A stretch of 64,000 nucleotides of DNA, taken from NCBI GenBank assembly GCA_963745035.1, contig CAVUVW010000013.1:544001-608000 (forward strand), written 5' to 3'. The position numbers and the translations under genes were made by a program. This DNA is from an uncultured delta proteobacterium (GTDB taxonomy: Bacteria; Desulfobacterota; Binatia; UBA9968). The notes under the pieces are model-generated. The model saw only the letters and a program-made list of their open reading frames with translations. It searched no databases and had not been told where the DNA came from. Below, in pieces: positions 18,892-28,770 of the stretch (its first letter is position 1; each line of letters opens with the position of its first letter).

Positions 18892-21612
18892 CTAAAGGTC
18901 GGGCTTCATGCCCCATTTCGAGTATCGCAGCCAGCGCTCCAACTGATCGGCGGGAAGCGGCTTGCTCATGAAATAGCCCTGCGCTTCGTCGCACCCCAAG
19001 GCCCCAAGCATATTCCACGTCTCCTGGTCCTCTACGCCCTCGGCGGTAACCGACAGCGCGAGGTTGTGGCCGAGCTCGATCGTCGAGCGCACGATCGTGG
19101 CGGTGTCCGCGTCGCTCATGAGCCTGGAAACGAAGAGTTTATCGATTTTGATCTCGCTTACGGGCAGGTGCTTGAGGTACGCTAGCGAGGAGTATCCGGT
19201 GCCGAAGTCGTCAATGGAAAATCGAAAACCGTGCCGGCTTAGAAACATCAAGACGTTTCGCGCCTTCGCCGGATCGGCCATCAGAGCGCTTTCGGTGATC
19301 TCCATGGTGATCGCGTCGGCGTGGGCGCCGTCTCCGTTCAGCATGGCGAGCACGTGGTTGGGGAACGACGGCTCGAGCAAGTTGCGCACCGACAGATTGA
19401 GTGAAACACTGAATCGATAACCGGCGCGCCTCCAGACGGCCGCTTGCCGAACGGCATTTTTGACTACCCACTCGGTGAGGCGCTGGATCGCGCCGGTCTT
19501 TTCCGCCAGGGGAATGAATTGATCGGGCGCGATCATGCCGCGCTCCGGATGCTGCCAACGCAGCAACGCCTCCACGCCGACGATCTGGTTGGTCTTGAAA
19601 CTCACCTTGGGCTGATAAAACAGCGCAAGCTCGTCATGATCGATGGCGGAGCTGAGCTCTCCCATCAGGGTCAGCCGATGCGGCTCGTATTGATCGATGG
19701 CGGAGGTGTATGCGGAGTATCCGGTGGCCGACCGCTTGGCGGCGCGCATCGCCATATCGGCGCGGCGCAGCAGGTCCTCGGCATTGCGCGCGTTTTCAGG
19801 AGCCAAGGCGATGCCGATGCTGGCGTGCACATCCAGCGGCAGATCGTCAATCGTAAACGGCGGTTCGAGCGCGCTGATGATCGAACGCGCTTGGTCCACC
19901 GCGTGCAGCGACATACCGTACCCGAGAAACAACAACGCAAACTCGTCGGCGTGCAACCGCGCCAGCATGTCGGCGCCGCTTACCGCGTCGCCAAGCCGCC
20001 GGGCGAATTGCCGCAGCAGCTTATCCCCTTTCTGGTAGCTCAGGGCGTTGTTGATCTCCTCGAAACCGTCGATGTTGACCCGCAGGAGCGCCATGGAGGC
20101 CGGACCTTCCTGGCGATCGAAAAGCTCGCGCACTCGCTCGATCAAACGCGATCGGTTCGGCAGCCCGGTGAGCGGGTCGTTGCTGGCGAGATACTTGAGT
20201 TCGGAGATCGTCTGCCAGAGAGCGACGGCTTGGCTGATCTGGCCATTGATGAGCTTGGAGAAATGAATCCACTCCGGGTAAAGCCCCCGCGTGTCCGAAA
20301 ACAACACGATCACGCCGAGCGCACGCGCGTCGAAGATCAGCGGCGCTATCAGCACCGAGCGCACCGAAGCCCTGCTCAGCAGAGATTGAAAACGCTCTTC
20401 ACCCGCGGGCGAGCTGAAAACCACCGGCTCGGCGCCGGCCATGGTTTCATGCAAGAGCTCTGCGGCGCCGTAGAAATTCGCCAAGGCAACCGTGTCCGCT
20501 TCCGAGAAGCCAATTTGGCTCGATAACTTCAAGCCGGCGCTTGGGTCCAGAAGGTACAACGCGCCGCGTGAGAAGCCGATAACCGCCAGATAGTGCGCAA
20601 GAATTTCGGACAAGAGACTTTCGATGTTTTGCCCGGAGCGCAGGAAATTCTGCGCCGCGCTCGCGAGCACGGAAATTTGCGCGCTCTGCGCCGCGCAGCG
20701 CCGCGCCAGATCGACGCTCAGTCTCGCCTGGCGGTTGAGCTGGCGCATCAAGCTCTCTTTGTGTCCGGCCTCGAATGTTTCTTCATTGGGCGCGGGCGCC
20801 GGCGCAGGCTGATTCAAACTGGCAAGCAGGATCTCCACCGCATCTTTGCAATCCGGCGTGCGCGCCACCAACGCGTTCGCGCCGATATCCGCCGCCAGTT
20901 GCTTGTCGGCGGCGTCGTCGTAGCTGTTGGTCAACAACACCACCGGGATTCTCTTCAGCCGCTCGTGCTTGCGAATCGCCAGGCAAAGCTCGAAGCCGTC
21001 GATCCGCGGCATCAGCACGTCGGAAATCACCGCGTCGGGAAACGTGGTTTCCGCCTTGGCGAGCGCTTCGGCGCCGTCTTTGGCGGTGGCCACGCCGAAG
21101 CCGAGATTGGCGAGATACGTCGCCAGCAGTTTGAGCTGCTTCGCGTCGTCGTCCACCGCGAGCACCACGCGTCCCTGCCCCGGCATGCTGATCGATGTTT
21201 TGCTGGCGGCCAGATGCGCCCGCACCGTGGTGACAAGAAACGAAGGTTCCACGGGCTTGAACAGATAATCGGCGAAATTCGCCTGCGGCAGCTTTGCTTC
21301 GTCGCCTTTGGAGATCAATCCAACGAGCGCCAGAATGGGAATTTTTTCCGCGCCGTCCACCGCGCGTAAACGGCCGACAAGATCGAAGCCGTCGATATCG
21401 GGAAGCAGGATGTCCTGCAAAATCAGATCGGGGAGCTCGCGCGACACGCTGGCAATCGCCGAGCGGCCATCCGCCGCTTCGGCAACGATGAATCCGTCGG
21501 CCTCGAGCGCCACCCGCGTAAGCTTGCGCGAAATCGGGTTGTCTTCGACCACCAGAACTTTCATCGGAGCCGCAAAGCCTTTCGCCGGGTCGGGCGCTTT
21601 ATATTGGGTCAT
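18892..21612 (-). CDS. REC-REC-GAF-GGDEF(degenerate)-EAL c-di-GMP phosphodiesterase
   Basis: Two receiver domains (VVEDN...QDILLP; AVDDD...SDVLMP); DPLTGLPNR; the A-site reads HADEF; intact EAL and DDFGTGYSS; start uncertain. Confidence 0.9.
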   Translation of the reverse strand: MTQYKAPDPAKGFAAPMKVLVVEDNPISRKLTRVALEADGFIVAEAADGRSAIASVSRELPDLILQDILLPDIDGFDLVGRLRAVDGAEKIPILALVGLISKGDEAKLPQANFADYLFKPVEPSFLVTTVRAHLAASKTSISMPGQGRVVLAVDDDAKQLKLLATYLANLGFGVATAKDGAEALAKAETTFPDAVISDVLMPRIDGFELCLAIRKHERLKRIPVVLLTNSYDDAADKQLAADIGANALVARTPDCKDAVEILLASLNQPAPAPAPNEETFEAGHKESLMRQLNRQARLSVDLARRCAAQSAQISVLASAAQNFLRSGQNIESLLSEILAHYLAVIGFSRGALYLLDPSAGLKLSSQIGFSEADTVALANFYGAAELLHETMAGAEPVVFSSPAGEERFQSLLSRASVRSVLIAPLIFDARALGVIVLFSDTRGLYPEWIHFSKLINGQISQAVALWQTISELKYLASNDPLTGLPNRSRLIERVRELFDRQEGPASMALLRVNIDGFEEINNALSYQKGDKLLRQFARRLGDAVSGADMLARLHADEFALLFLGYGMSLHAVDQARSIISALEPPFTIDDLPLDVHASIGIALAPENARNAEDLLRRADMAMRAAKRSATGYSAYTSAIDQYEPHRLTLMGELSSAIDHDELALFYQPKVSFKTNQIVGVEALLRWQHPERGMIAPDQFIPLAEKTGAIQRLTEWVVKNAVRQAAVWRRAGYRFSVSLNLSVRNLLEPSFPNHVLAMLNGDGAHADAITMEITESALMADPAKARNVLMFLSRHGFRFSIDDFGTGYSSLAYLKHLPVSEIKIDKLFVSRLMSDADTATIVRSTIELGHNLALSVTAEGVEDQETWNMLGALGCDEAQGYFMSKPLPADQLERWLRYSKWGMKPDL

Positions 21613-21998
21613 AGAGCTTGCCGTCACAATTCGAGATAGCCCTGGATGACTCCCGGCAGGGTTCGCGTGTCGATCGGCTTGGCGATATAACAATCGCGTG
21701 TCCGGCAACATGCCGGGCGCAAAAAGCGTCGGATGGCGCAAGACTTCTCGACACGACAGCCGTCAGAAAGAAAAAATTCTCCAAAGCGTTGGTCGATCGT
21801 TTCTGTGCAAAAATCGTCGAGTTCTGTTCACGCGCGGAAGCGAAACCTCCGTCCTCATGCTCGTGCCCGTCTGCGACCTTAGGCGGGTAACCTAGCTAGA
21901 TTTCAGCCCTTAACAGTCAATCTGACTGTCAAAAGCGGCGGCACGGTTGTTTTCTCCGATGCCGCGGCGTGCCTTTACCTATTTGTGGAGCGAATTTG

Positions 21999-22014
21999 AG
22001 CACTTTTCATGCCA
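21999..22014 (-). promoter_or_regulatory. Putative sigma-54 -24/-12 promoter facing the phosphodiesterase gene
   Basis: Minus strand TGGCATGAAAAGTGCT, with GG-N10-GC spacing, inside a ~660 bp intergenic region. Confidence 0.45.
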
Positions 22015-22274
22015 TAGCGGTCATCGAACGTCGTTGTGCTGCGCAGGACGGAAAACTGCGCTCGCGGAAACAAATTCGCAACAAATATTGCCAACCGCAA
22101 CCAAATCCTTGCCATTGTCCGTCAACAATGACCGGAAAATGTCAAAACTCCACGAGAATAAATTGCTGGTCTGGTATAGACGTCTACGACAAAAAGGATT
22201 TGGCCCCGCGGCGCAGTCACTCCCGACTGTGGATTTCGGCTTTAACGCGAGTCAACGCAATCGCGCGCCGAGCA

Positions 22275-23276
22275 TTATCGTTCGTAGAGTTTTTTAACGA
22301 AGCCGCTCTGTTCGATCTCACGCAGCAAGCTGTCATCGACAAACGCTTTCGGATCTGCGGTCTTGGCTTTCGGATTGTCTTTCTCGATAAAGCCGAGCAC
22401 GGTTTCGACGCCGCGCAGCGAAGGATACGGCGTGTTCTCGTAATACTTTGTGACCAATAGATCGAGCGAGCGATCCAGGTTTCGTTCCTGCTCGGGACCG
22501 ATGCGAAGCTTCTTCTTGACGATGTCTAAACTCTCCTGCTTGTTGTGCTTGACGAAAGCAATTCCTTCGACGTAACCCCTGAGAAATCGCAGCACCTTGT
22601 CACGATTGTTCTTGATATATTGGCGCGTCGTCGCAACCATCGTATGCAGGTAGTAAATGTCGGTATCGGCCATATCGAGCAACACTCGGTAACCGCGGTC
22701 TTCGGCAACGAACATCGAAGGAATCGTTACCACAGCGCCTTCGATACCCCCTTTGTCTAGGCTCGCCAGCATGCTCGGCGACGAGCCGAGTTGCATGACC
22801 TGCACATCGTTGACGCTCATCTTCCAGCGCTGCAGCATCATCAACAACACGGAATGGGACACCGCGCCGATGCGAGTGACGCCGACTCGTTTGCCCTTTA
22901 GATCCGCTGGAGTCTTTATATCGGGCTTGGTAATCAAGCGCTGTAGTCCCTTATTGACGACACTGGCGACCATCACGGTATCGCCGCCGCGCAGCGAAGC
23001 CGCGACCAAGACATCGCCCGCTGAGTTTACCATCTGTACGTCGTTGGCTATCAGCGCGCTGATGCCGGCGGTGCCACCTTGGCCAGTGACGATTACTTCG
23101 ATATCGATACCGTGCTTGCGAAACAGCCCCTTTGTTTCAGCGACCCACACTGCGCTGTGCAAGCCGCTCACTGAACTCAATCCCATGCGCATCTTGTCTT
23201 GCGCGCCCGCAGAAGCGGCCAGACATGCCGCGCTCAACAAGGAAATCAAAGCAGCCAAGCCAACTGATTTACCCAT
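22275..23276 (-). CDS. ABC solute-binding protein, SsuA/NMT1-like
   Basis: Signal peptide; ADLKGKRVGVTRIGA; PYPS; ADPKAFVDDS. Confidence 0.9.
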   Translation of the reverse strand: MGKSVGLAALISLLSAACLAASAGAQDKMRMGLSSVSGLHSAVWVAETKGLFRKHGIDIEVIVTGQGGTAGISALIANDVQMVNSAGDVLVAASLRGGDTVMVASVVNKGLQRLITKPDIKTPADLKGKRVGVTRIGAVSHSVLLMMLQRWKMSVNDVQVMQLGSSPSMLASLDKGGIEGAVVTIPSMFVAEDRGYRVLLDMADTDIYYLHTMVATTRQYIKNNRDKVLRFLRGYVEGIAFVKHNKQESLDIVKKKLRIGPEQERNLDRSLDLLVTKYYENTPYPSLRGVETVLGFIEKDNPKAKTADPKAFVDDSLLREIEQSGFVKKLYER

Positions 23277-23324
23277 GCTTACTCCTGTTTCTCTATCTCG
23301 CCCCTCAAGCCTTCGCCTCGGCCC

Positions 23325-24326
23325 TCACCGCTTGCCCATTTCCGCGAGTGCCTGTTTGAGATAGCCGGGATCGATGTATTTCGAGGGCTGGGGCAGAGGT
23401 TCCTTGAGAACACCCTGATCGGCCGTGAGATTGATGATCGTACGCACGCCTTCGACGTTGAGATCTGCGTTGCGGTCCCAAATACGGTTTTTCCAGTTGT
23501 AATCGTAGGCATAGCGGCAGTGATCCATACTGATCGACATTTCCTTGGTCAGGTATTCGCACGCCGGATCTCGGTTATTTTCCATCCAGCGCATGGTCGC
23601 GACCATCGCTTTCATGAAACGCACTACCAGCGGACGATTTTTTTCAGCCCACGATCGTTTGATGATGTAAACGTTGAACTGAAAGTTGGGCTGATCGTCG
23701 GCGAAGTAACCGATGACGTTGAAGCCCTGTTTTTTGGCGACGAGATCGAGAGGCACGCCGACGGGAGCCGCCGCGATTTGACCCGAAGTCAGAGCTTGGA
23801 ACCGATCGGGCGCGCTGCCGATGTTCAATAGCTTATAGTCTCGCGGATATTCAAGGCCGTGGACTTTCATGACGAGGCGCAAGGCAAACCCGGTGCCGGA
23901 AGTAAGCGTCTGCGATCCTATGGTCGTGCCGCGCAGATCAGCGTAGGTCTTGTATTGCTTGGCGCCGATCATGCTCAGTCCAAGTCCATTGATCAGTCCA
24001 CCGATCATGGTGATATCCGCGCCGCGCTCGTAGGCGTTGATGAGCGTGTCGACGGTAGCGCTTGCGACGTAGATAGAATCGGCCGTCAGTGCCTGAATGG
24101 TCAACGGCGAGCCGCGCATGGTGACGATCGGCACTTCCAGCCCCTCGCGCTCGAAAAATCCCATCTTCGCCGCGACCCAGAGCGGCCCATAACTCAGCGT
24201 CTTCGAGGACTCGCCGATGGGAAACCGAATCTTCTCCTGTGCGGCAGCAGGCGTCGCAAACGCCACCGCGAGCAGAAGACTCGCCACAGCCCGCGCGATC
24301 CACAATCCTCCATCCTCGATCCTCAT
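23325..24326 (-). CDS. ABC solute-binding protein, SsuA/NMT1-like
   Basis: Signal peptide; KTLSYGPLWVA and YADLRG; paralog of 12885-13868. Confidence 0.9.
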   Translation of the reverse strand: MRIEDGGLWIARAVASLLLAVAFATPAAAQEKIRFPIGESSKTLSYGPLWVAAKMGFFEREGLEVPIVTMRGSPLTIQALTADSIYVASATVDTLINAYERGADITMIGGLINGLGLSMIGAKQYKTYADLRGTTIGSQTLTSGTGFALRLVMKVHGLEYPRDYKLLNIGSAPDRFQALTSGQIAAAPVGVPLDLVAKKQGFNVIGYFADDQPNFQFNVYIIKRSWAEKNRPLVVRFMKAMVATMRWMENNRDPACEYLTKEMSISMDHCRYAYDYNWKNRIWDRNADLNVEGVRTIINLTADQGVLKEPLPQPSKYIDPGYLKQALAEMGKR

Positions 24327-24390
24327 GACCAGAAGTCCCTTCCTACTTACGCACTACTCCATCACTCCAACACTCCATTTCTCCAATTGT

Positions 24391-25474
24391 TTACCCAATC
24401 CCCTTGATCACGCACAGCGTATTGCGTCCGGTCCACATCGGCAGAAATACCGAATGGCGGTGCTTGCCGCCGACAACGATGACCATGATGTCCTCGGCCT
24501 TCGTGGAAAGATGAACCACGCCGTCAGGCGTGACGTTCGGCGACTCGCGCAGCAATTCGTCGTCGTTCTTGTGACCTTTGCGCCGCGCCGGTATTTCAGA
24601 AAATTTGAGCGACGCATGTTCCCAGAGATAATCTTTCACCTGCTTTTTCGTGATGCCGTCGCGCGCCATGATCTCCGCGTCCTCGACGCCGAGAGCGATG
24701 AGCGGGGTGCCGCCGCCGAAGCTGCCGACGTCGAGGTGGCTCACGCCATGGTGCATGCGGATGACTTCGGCGAGAGAAGAAAGCGCCTGCTCGCCGCGAC
24801 TGCCGGCGGTGTGGATCGGCAGAAAGCCGTTGATGCCGAAGACCGTCACCGCGTTGTCCTCCGGCTTGAAACCGAACTCCACGTGATACGGCTCCCAGGG
24901 GCTCTTTTCCTGATTTTCGCCGAAGCACATCGTGTACTTGCCCGGCCAGCCCAAAGGTCGATCGATCGGTGTCGCCCGGATAACCGCCGCCGACGGTAAT
25001 CAAAATCAAGCGCATCGCGCGTCCGATCGTCGCGTTCGAGCGAAAGCCTGGACCGAAAACGCCGGCGTCACAATTGACGTTGAGTTGTTTTCTGATCGGC
25101 CCATTCAGCAACAGGGCCGGACCAACATAGCCGGTAGTCGCCTGCACGCCGTAGAGATTGAACCGCGGCTCGCAGATCGCTTCGACGGCAGCGATCACGA
25201 CCGGCAAATATTCCGGCAAGCAGCCGGCCATCACCGCGTTGACGGCGATCTTCTCGATCGAACACGGCGCCCACTTGGGCGGGATCGGTCCGATGATCTC
25301 CTGCGGATCGCGGTTCGTCCCGGACAGCATGCGCTCGACCCGCTCCGGCGTCGGCGGCACGATCGGCAACCCATCGCTCAGCTTTTGGTTGCAAAACCAA
25401 TCATTGACCGCTTCCCAGCTGTCTTCGACTTCGATGAGGTTTGAGGTGAGGTTCACGTATGAAAGCTCCGACAT
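24391..25474 (-). CDS. Conserved partner protein of the UGSC selenoprotein (copy 1), with a +1 frameshift at 24953-24955
   Basis: DGLPIVPPTPERV, KIAVNAVMAGC and RSNATIGRA; removing one T gives STLGWPGKYTMCFGEN..SPWEP, colinear with the intact paralog 28771-29814. Confidence 0.85.
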
Positions 25475-25477
25475 TGT

Positions 25478-25894
25478 TCACGCCCTGATTTGTGTTCGAC
25501 GCTTTGCCTTTCCGCTGTTCCGCTTCCTTCCCCCTTGCGGGGAAGGATTGAGGTAGGGGGTGTTTTGCAGACTATTCGAAATAACTTCCATAACTCCATC
25601 AATGTTTTGGATCACATCATTGTTCCAAAACCTCAACACAATGAATCCCTGATTACGCAACCACGCATCACGACCAGCATCGTAGCTCTCCCGTTCTGCA
25701 TGCTGTCCGCCGTCGAGCTCAATGATCAACCTTTTTTCCAAACATACAAAATCGACGATATAACTGCCCAATGGCTGCTGGCGGCGAAACTTGTAACCAT
25801 TGACTTGCCAGAAACGGAGTTTTTGCCAAAGCAACTGCTCGACGTCAGTGGGATTCCTCCGCAAACGTCTGGCTCTCAAGCGGGCTGGATCCAT
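25478..25894 (-). CDS. DUF559 / Vsr-like PD-(D/E)XK endonuclease
   Basis: ARRLRRNPT..E..LW, FRRQQPLGSYIVDFVC, IELDGGQH, DAWL and GFIVLRFWN. Confidence 0.92.
   Translation of the reverse strand: MDPARLRARRLRRNPTDVEQLLWQKLRFWQVNGYKFRRQQPLGSYIVDFVCLEKRLIIELDGGQHAERESYDAGRDAWLRNQGFIVLRFWNNDVIQNIDGVMEVISNSLQNTPYLNPSPQGGRKRNSGKAKRRTQIRA
25524..25561. repeat. REP-like inverted repeat at the 3' end of the DUF559 gene
   Basis: Reverse complement ACCCCCTACCTCAATCCTTCCCCGCAAGGGGGAAGGAA; pairs with 25895-25933. Confidence 0.8.
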
Positions 25895-25933
25895 ACCCCC
25901 TATCCTTACCTTTCCCCGCAAGGGGGAAAGGAA
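25895..25933. repeat. REP-like inverted repeat directly upstream of the DUF559 ATG
   Basis: ACCCCCTATCCTTACCTTTCCCCGCAAGGGGGAAAGGAA with an internal hairpin. Confidence 0.8.
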
Positions 25934-26028
25934 TCGGAAGCAAACGGCTTCGGGTCAATCTCAGGTTTCAGAAGACCATTCCCTTGTATCGATTACTGTT
26001 TGTTCATTTAAAGCTCACCCAGCCTGAC

Positions 26029-26566
26029 CTACTGCCCCAACACCAACGTTCTCCCCACCAAATCCACCGCCCCTTCCGCATCCGCGCGATGCTCACCGGG
26101 GCGGGCGCCGCCGCTTGGGTGATGCGGTATCTCCACCAACGGCAGGTTCGCCCTGGCCGAAAAATTTGGCCTCCGTGCGCGCCAGCTCCATGAAAATCGA
26201 CTGGCATAAGGTCACCGTCGGCTTTCCCCTTTTCTGCAGCTCGATGGCGTCGTGGACACTCCACGACGTGCACGACCCTCAAGCGCCCAGACCGGTGATG
26301 ACGGCATCGCACCGGCTAAGCATTTCCTCCATGATGGGCTTCGGCGCGCCCTGCATATGGGTTGGCTTCGTTCTAAAGACAACTTCCTTCGTTTGATATT
26401 TTTCGCCCATGAGCTTTGCCAGTTCTTGAAACATCGTCGTCGAATTCGCCTGGCCGTTATCGATGATGCCCACGGTTTTCCCTTCGAGCGTTTCCAGACC
26501 CGGCACAAGCGGTCGGTCTTTCGGGTTCACTGTTGCTCTGGGATCGAGAAATTTGATAGTCGCCAT
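26029..26566 (-). CDS. UGSC-family selenoprotein (copy 1); Sec at TGA 26279-26281; 3' part has apparent indels
   Basis: DAVITGLGA-TGA-GSCTSWSVHDAIELQKRGKPTVTLCQ continues in frame after the UGA and aligns with copy 2; frame disruptions at about 26060-26155 make the end approximate. Confidence 0.8.
26249..26267 (-). promoter_or_regulatory. Bacterial SECIS-like hairpin (copy 1)
   Basis: GUCGUGGA-GUG-UCCACGAC starting 11 nt after the UGA. Confidence 0.8.
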
Positions 26567-26679
26567 GCAAAACACCTTTCGGTCGTCTGGACTTTACTGG
26601 CTCGAGCGAATGTATATCGAAAGCCCGGCGAGTCTCAAGGCTGATTTGCCGACAGCATTAACACGACAAAAGAGTCCGG

Positions 26680-27675
26680 CTACCTGTACAATCCGTCGAT
26701 GTATCCGGATTTGTCGAGCTCTTCGATGAATCGCGTGTCGACAAAATCCTTAGGATTGGCGTTCTTCGCGGCGGGTACGCGCTTCGCCAAGTCGTCGAAG
26801 ATCGTCTTGAAGCCCTCCAGCGTTGGATAGGGCTTGACCTGGACGAAGCTATTGAGCAGCTGATAAGTATCGTCGATCTCTTTTTCGTCTTTGATCTGCA
26901 TGCGCCTCGACAGCGCGCGCTTGGCAACGGCCGGATTGGTGCGCATGAGATGAATGCCTTCGATCACCGACTTCACTACGCGCCGTGTGATATCGGGGTT
27001 CTTCGCAATAAACCTTTGCGTCGTATTGAGGCCGGTTTGTTGCACCGGAATATTCATCTCTTGCATGTTCACCAAAACGCGCATGCCGGAAGCGACGGCC
27101 TTCACATAATAGGGCGGCTGAATGATCGCGCCGTCGATGATTCGGCCCGTAGATAGCGAAGCCAGTAGAACCGGCACGTCGCCGACCTGCACGTAGGAAA
27201 CGTCTTTGTCCGGATCCAGGCCGAGCTTGCCAACCAAGAGCCGCGACATCGAATCCGTAACCGTGCCGAAGCGCGTGATACCAAGTCTTTTGCCCTTGAG
27301 ATCCGCGACAGTCTTGATCTCCGGACGCACGACAAGTCGATACAAAGGCTTGTTGAGGAAACTCGCGACCATCACGACGTCGACGCCCTGCAACCGTGCA
27401 GACGAGAGCAGACTGCCGGAGTACACGCACATATCGATTTCACCGGCGATCATCGCCGTCTGTCCGAGAGTGGTTTGCAAATAAAGAATCTGCGGGTCGA
27501 CGCCGTTTTTCTGAAAGAGCCTGCCCTCGTCGGTCACCCACAACATCGCGTTGCTCACCGTTGCCCCGGAGTAACCGATGCGAACCTTGTCGGCTGCCGA
27601 GGCGAACTGCCGAGGGGAGAGGACCAATGTCACTACGGCAACGATGAATAGAAGATGAAATCGAAAATTGCTCAT
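26680..27675 (-). CDS. ABC solute-binding protein, SsuA/NMT1-like
   Basis: Signal peptide; ADLKGKRLGITRFGT; KPYPT; DFVDTRFIEELDKSGYID. Confidence 0.9.
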   Translation of the reverse strand: MSNFRFHLLFIVAVVTLVLSPRQFASAADKVRIGYSGATVSNAMLWVTDEGRLFQKNGVDPQILYLQTTLGQTAMIAGEIDMCVYSGSLLSSARLQGVDVVMVASFLNKPLYRLVVRPEIKTVADLKGKRLGITRFGTVTDSMSRLLVGKLGLDPDKDVSYVQVGDVPVLLASLSTGRIIDGAIIQPPYYVKAVASGMRVLVNMQEMNIPVQQTGLNTTQRFIAKNPDITRRVVKSVIEGIHLMRTNPAVAKRALSRRMQIKDEKEIDDTYQLLNSFVQVKPYPTLEGFKTIFDDLAKRVPAAKNANPKDFVDTRFIEELDKSGYIDGLYR

Positions 27676-27681
27676 GGGGAC

Positions 27682-28662
27682 CTAGCGAATTGAATCGATG
27701 TATCCAGATTTGTCCAGTTCTTCGACAAACCGGAGATCGGCAAAGTCTTTCGGATCGGCATTTTTTGCCGCAGGCATACGCTTGGACAGGTCATTCAAGA
27801 TCGCTTTGAAGCCTTCCAAGCTGGGATAGGGTTTGATTTGCGTGAAGCCGCGGAGTTGCTGATAGGTTTCTTCCAAATCCTTCGGATCTTTAAGGCGCAT
27901 GCGGAGAGAGAGCGCGCGTTTCGTGGTCTCCGGATCTCTGCGCACAACCGCGGCGCCTTCCACCACCGCTTTGACTACGCGTTTAACGATGTCCGGCCGG
28001 GCGGCGACGTACTTTCTCGTCGTGATCAAACCGGCATGTTGGTAGGGGATCACCGTTTCCTCCAGGTTCATCATGATGCGACCGCCATTCTCGACCGCCC
28101 TTTTATGATCCGGCGGATCGAAGATCGCGCCATCCACGGATTTCGCCATCAGCGCCGCGACACGGGTCGGCGTATCGCCGATCTGCAGGATTGTAACATC
28201 CGTGTCAGGATTCAGTCCGAGCTTCGACACCATCAAACGCGTGCCGAAATCCGACGCCGTGCCGAAGCGTGACACACCCAATCGTTTGCCTTTCAAATCT
28301 GCCGCTGTCTTGATGTCCGGGCGCACGACTAAGCGCGAGACTAGATAATTTAGGAAACCAGCGATCATCGTCACATCGGCGCCCTGAAGCCGGGTGGGCG
28401 TCATCAATAGACCTGTATAAACGGCGAACTGCGTTTCCCCGGCGATCAACGCGGTCTGGCCGAGCGACGCGGCCAGGTAAAGCACCTCGGCGTCGATACC
28501 GTTCTTGTCGAAAAGTTTCGCTTCCTTGGTCACCCAAAGGAGCGCGTTGCTTGTCGTCGTGCCGGAATAACTGATGCGCAGTTTGTCGGCGGCGGACAAG
28601 TTGCTAGCCCACACCAGACCAAGGAAGCAATACAGGATGATGAGTGATGATCGTCGGCGCAC
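27682..28662 (-). CDS. ABC solute-binding protein, SsuA/NMT1-like
   Basis: Signal peptide; ADLKGKRLGVSRFGT; tandem paralog of 26680-27675. Confidence 0.9.
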   Translation of the reverse strand: MRRRSSLIILYCFLGLVWASNLSAADKLRISYSGTTTSNALLWVTKEAKLFDKNGIDAEVLYLAASLGQTALIAGETQFAVYTGLLMTPTRLQGADVTMIAGFLNYLVSRLVVRPDIKTAADLKGKRLGVSRFGTASDFGTRLMVSKLGLNPDTDVTILQIGDTPTRVAALMAKSVDGAIFDPPDHKRAVENGGRIMMNLEETVIPYQHAGLITTRKYVAARPDIVKRVVKAVVEGAAVVRRDPETTKRALSLRMRLKDPKDLEETYQQLRGFTQIKPYPSLEGFKAILNDLSKRMPAAKNADPKDFADLRFVEELDKSGYIDSIR

Positions 28663-28768
28663 GCCCTCACCCTTCCCTCTCCCGCAAGCGGGCGAGGGTA
28701 AGAATAAGTGAAGAATGTCTTCGATCCGAAACGATTTGAACGATTTGAACGGCTTGAACGTTTTGAAC
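28663..28768. repeat. REP-like CCCTCACCC..CTCCC..GGGCGAGGG unit plus TTGAAC nonamer array
   Basis: gccctcacccttccctctcccgcaagcgggcgaggg; aacgatttg aacgatttg aacggcttg aacgttttg aac. Confidence 0.7.
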
Positions 28769-28770
28769 TC

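Noticed and set aside
21612-22000. c-di-GMP riboswitch upstream of the EAL gene
   Set aside because: I could not find the GEMM-I or GEMM-II consensus elements on either strand
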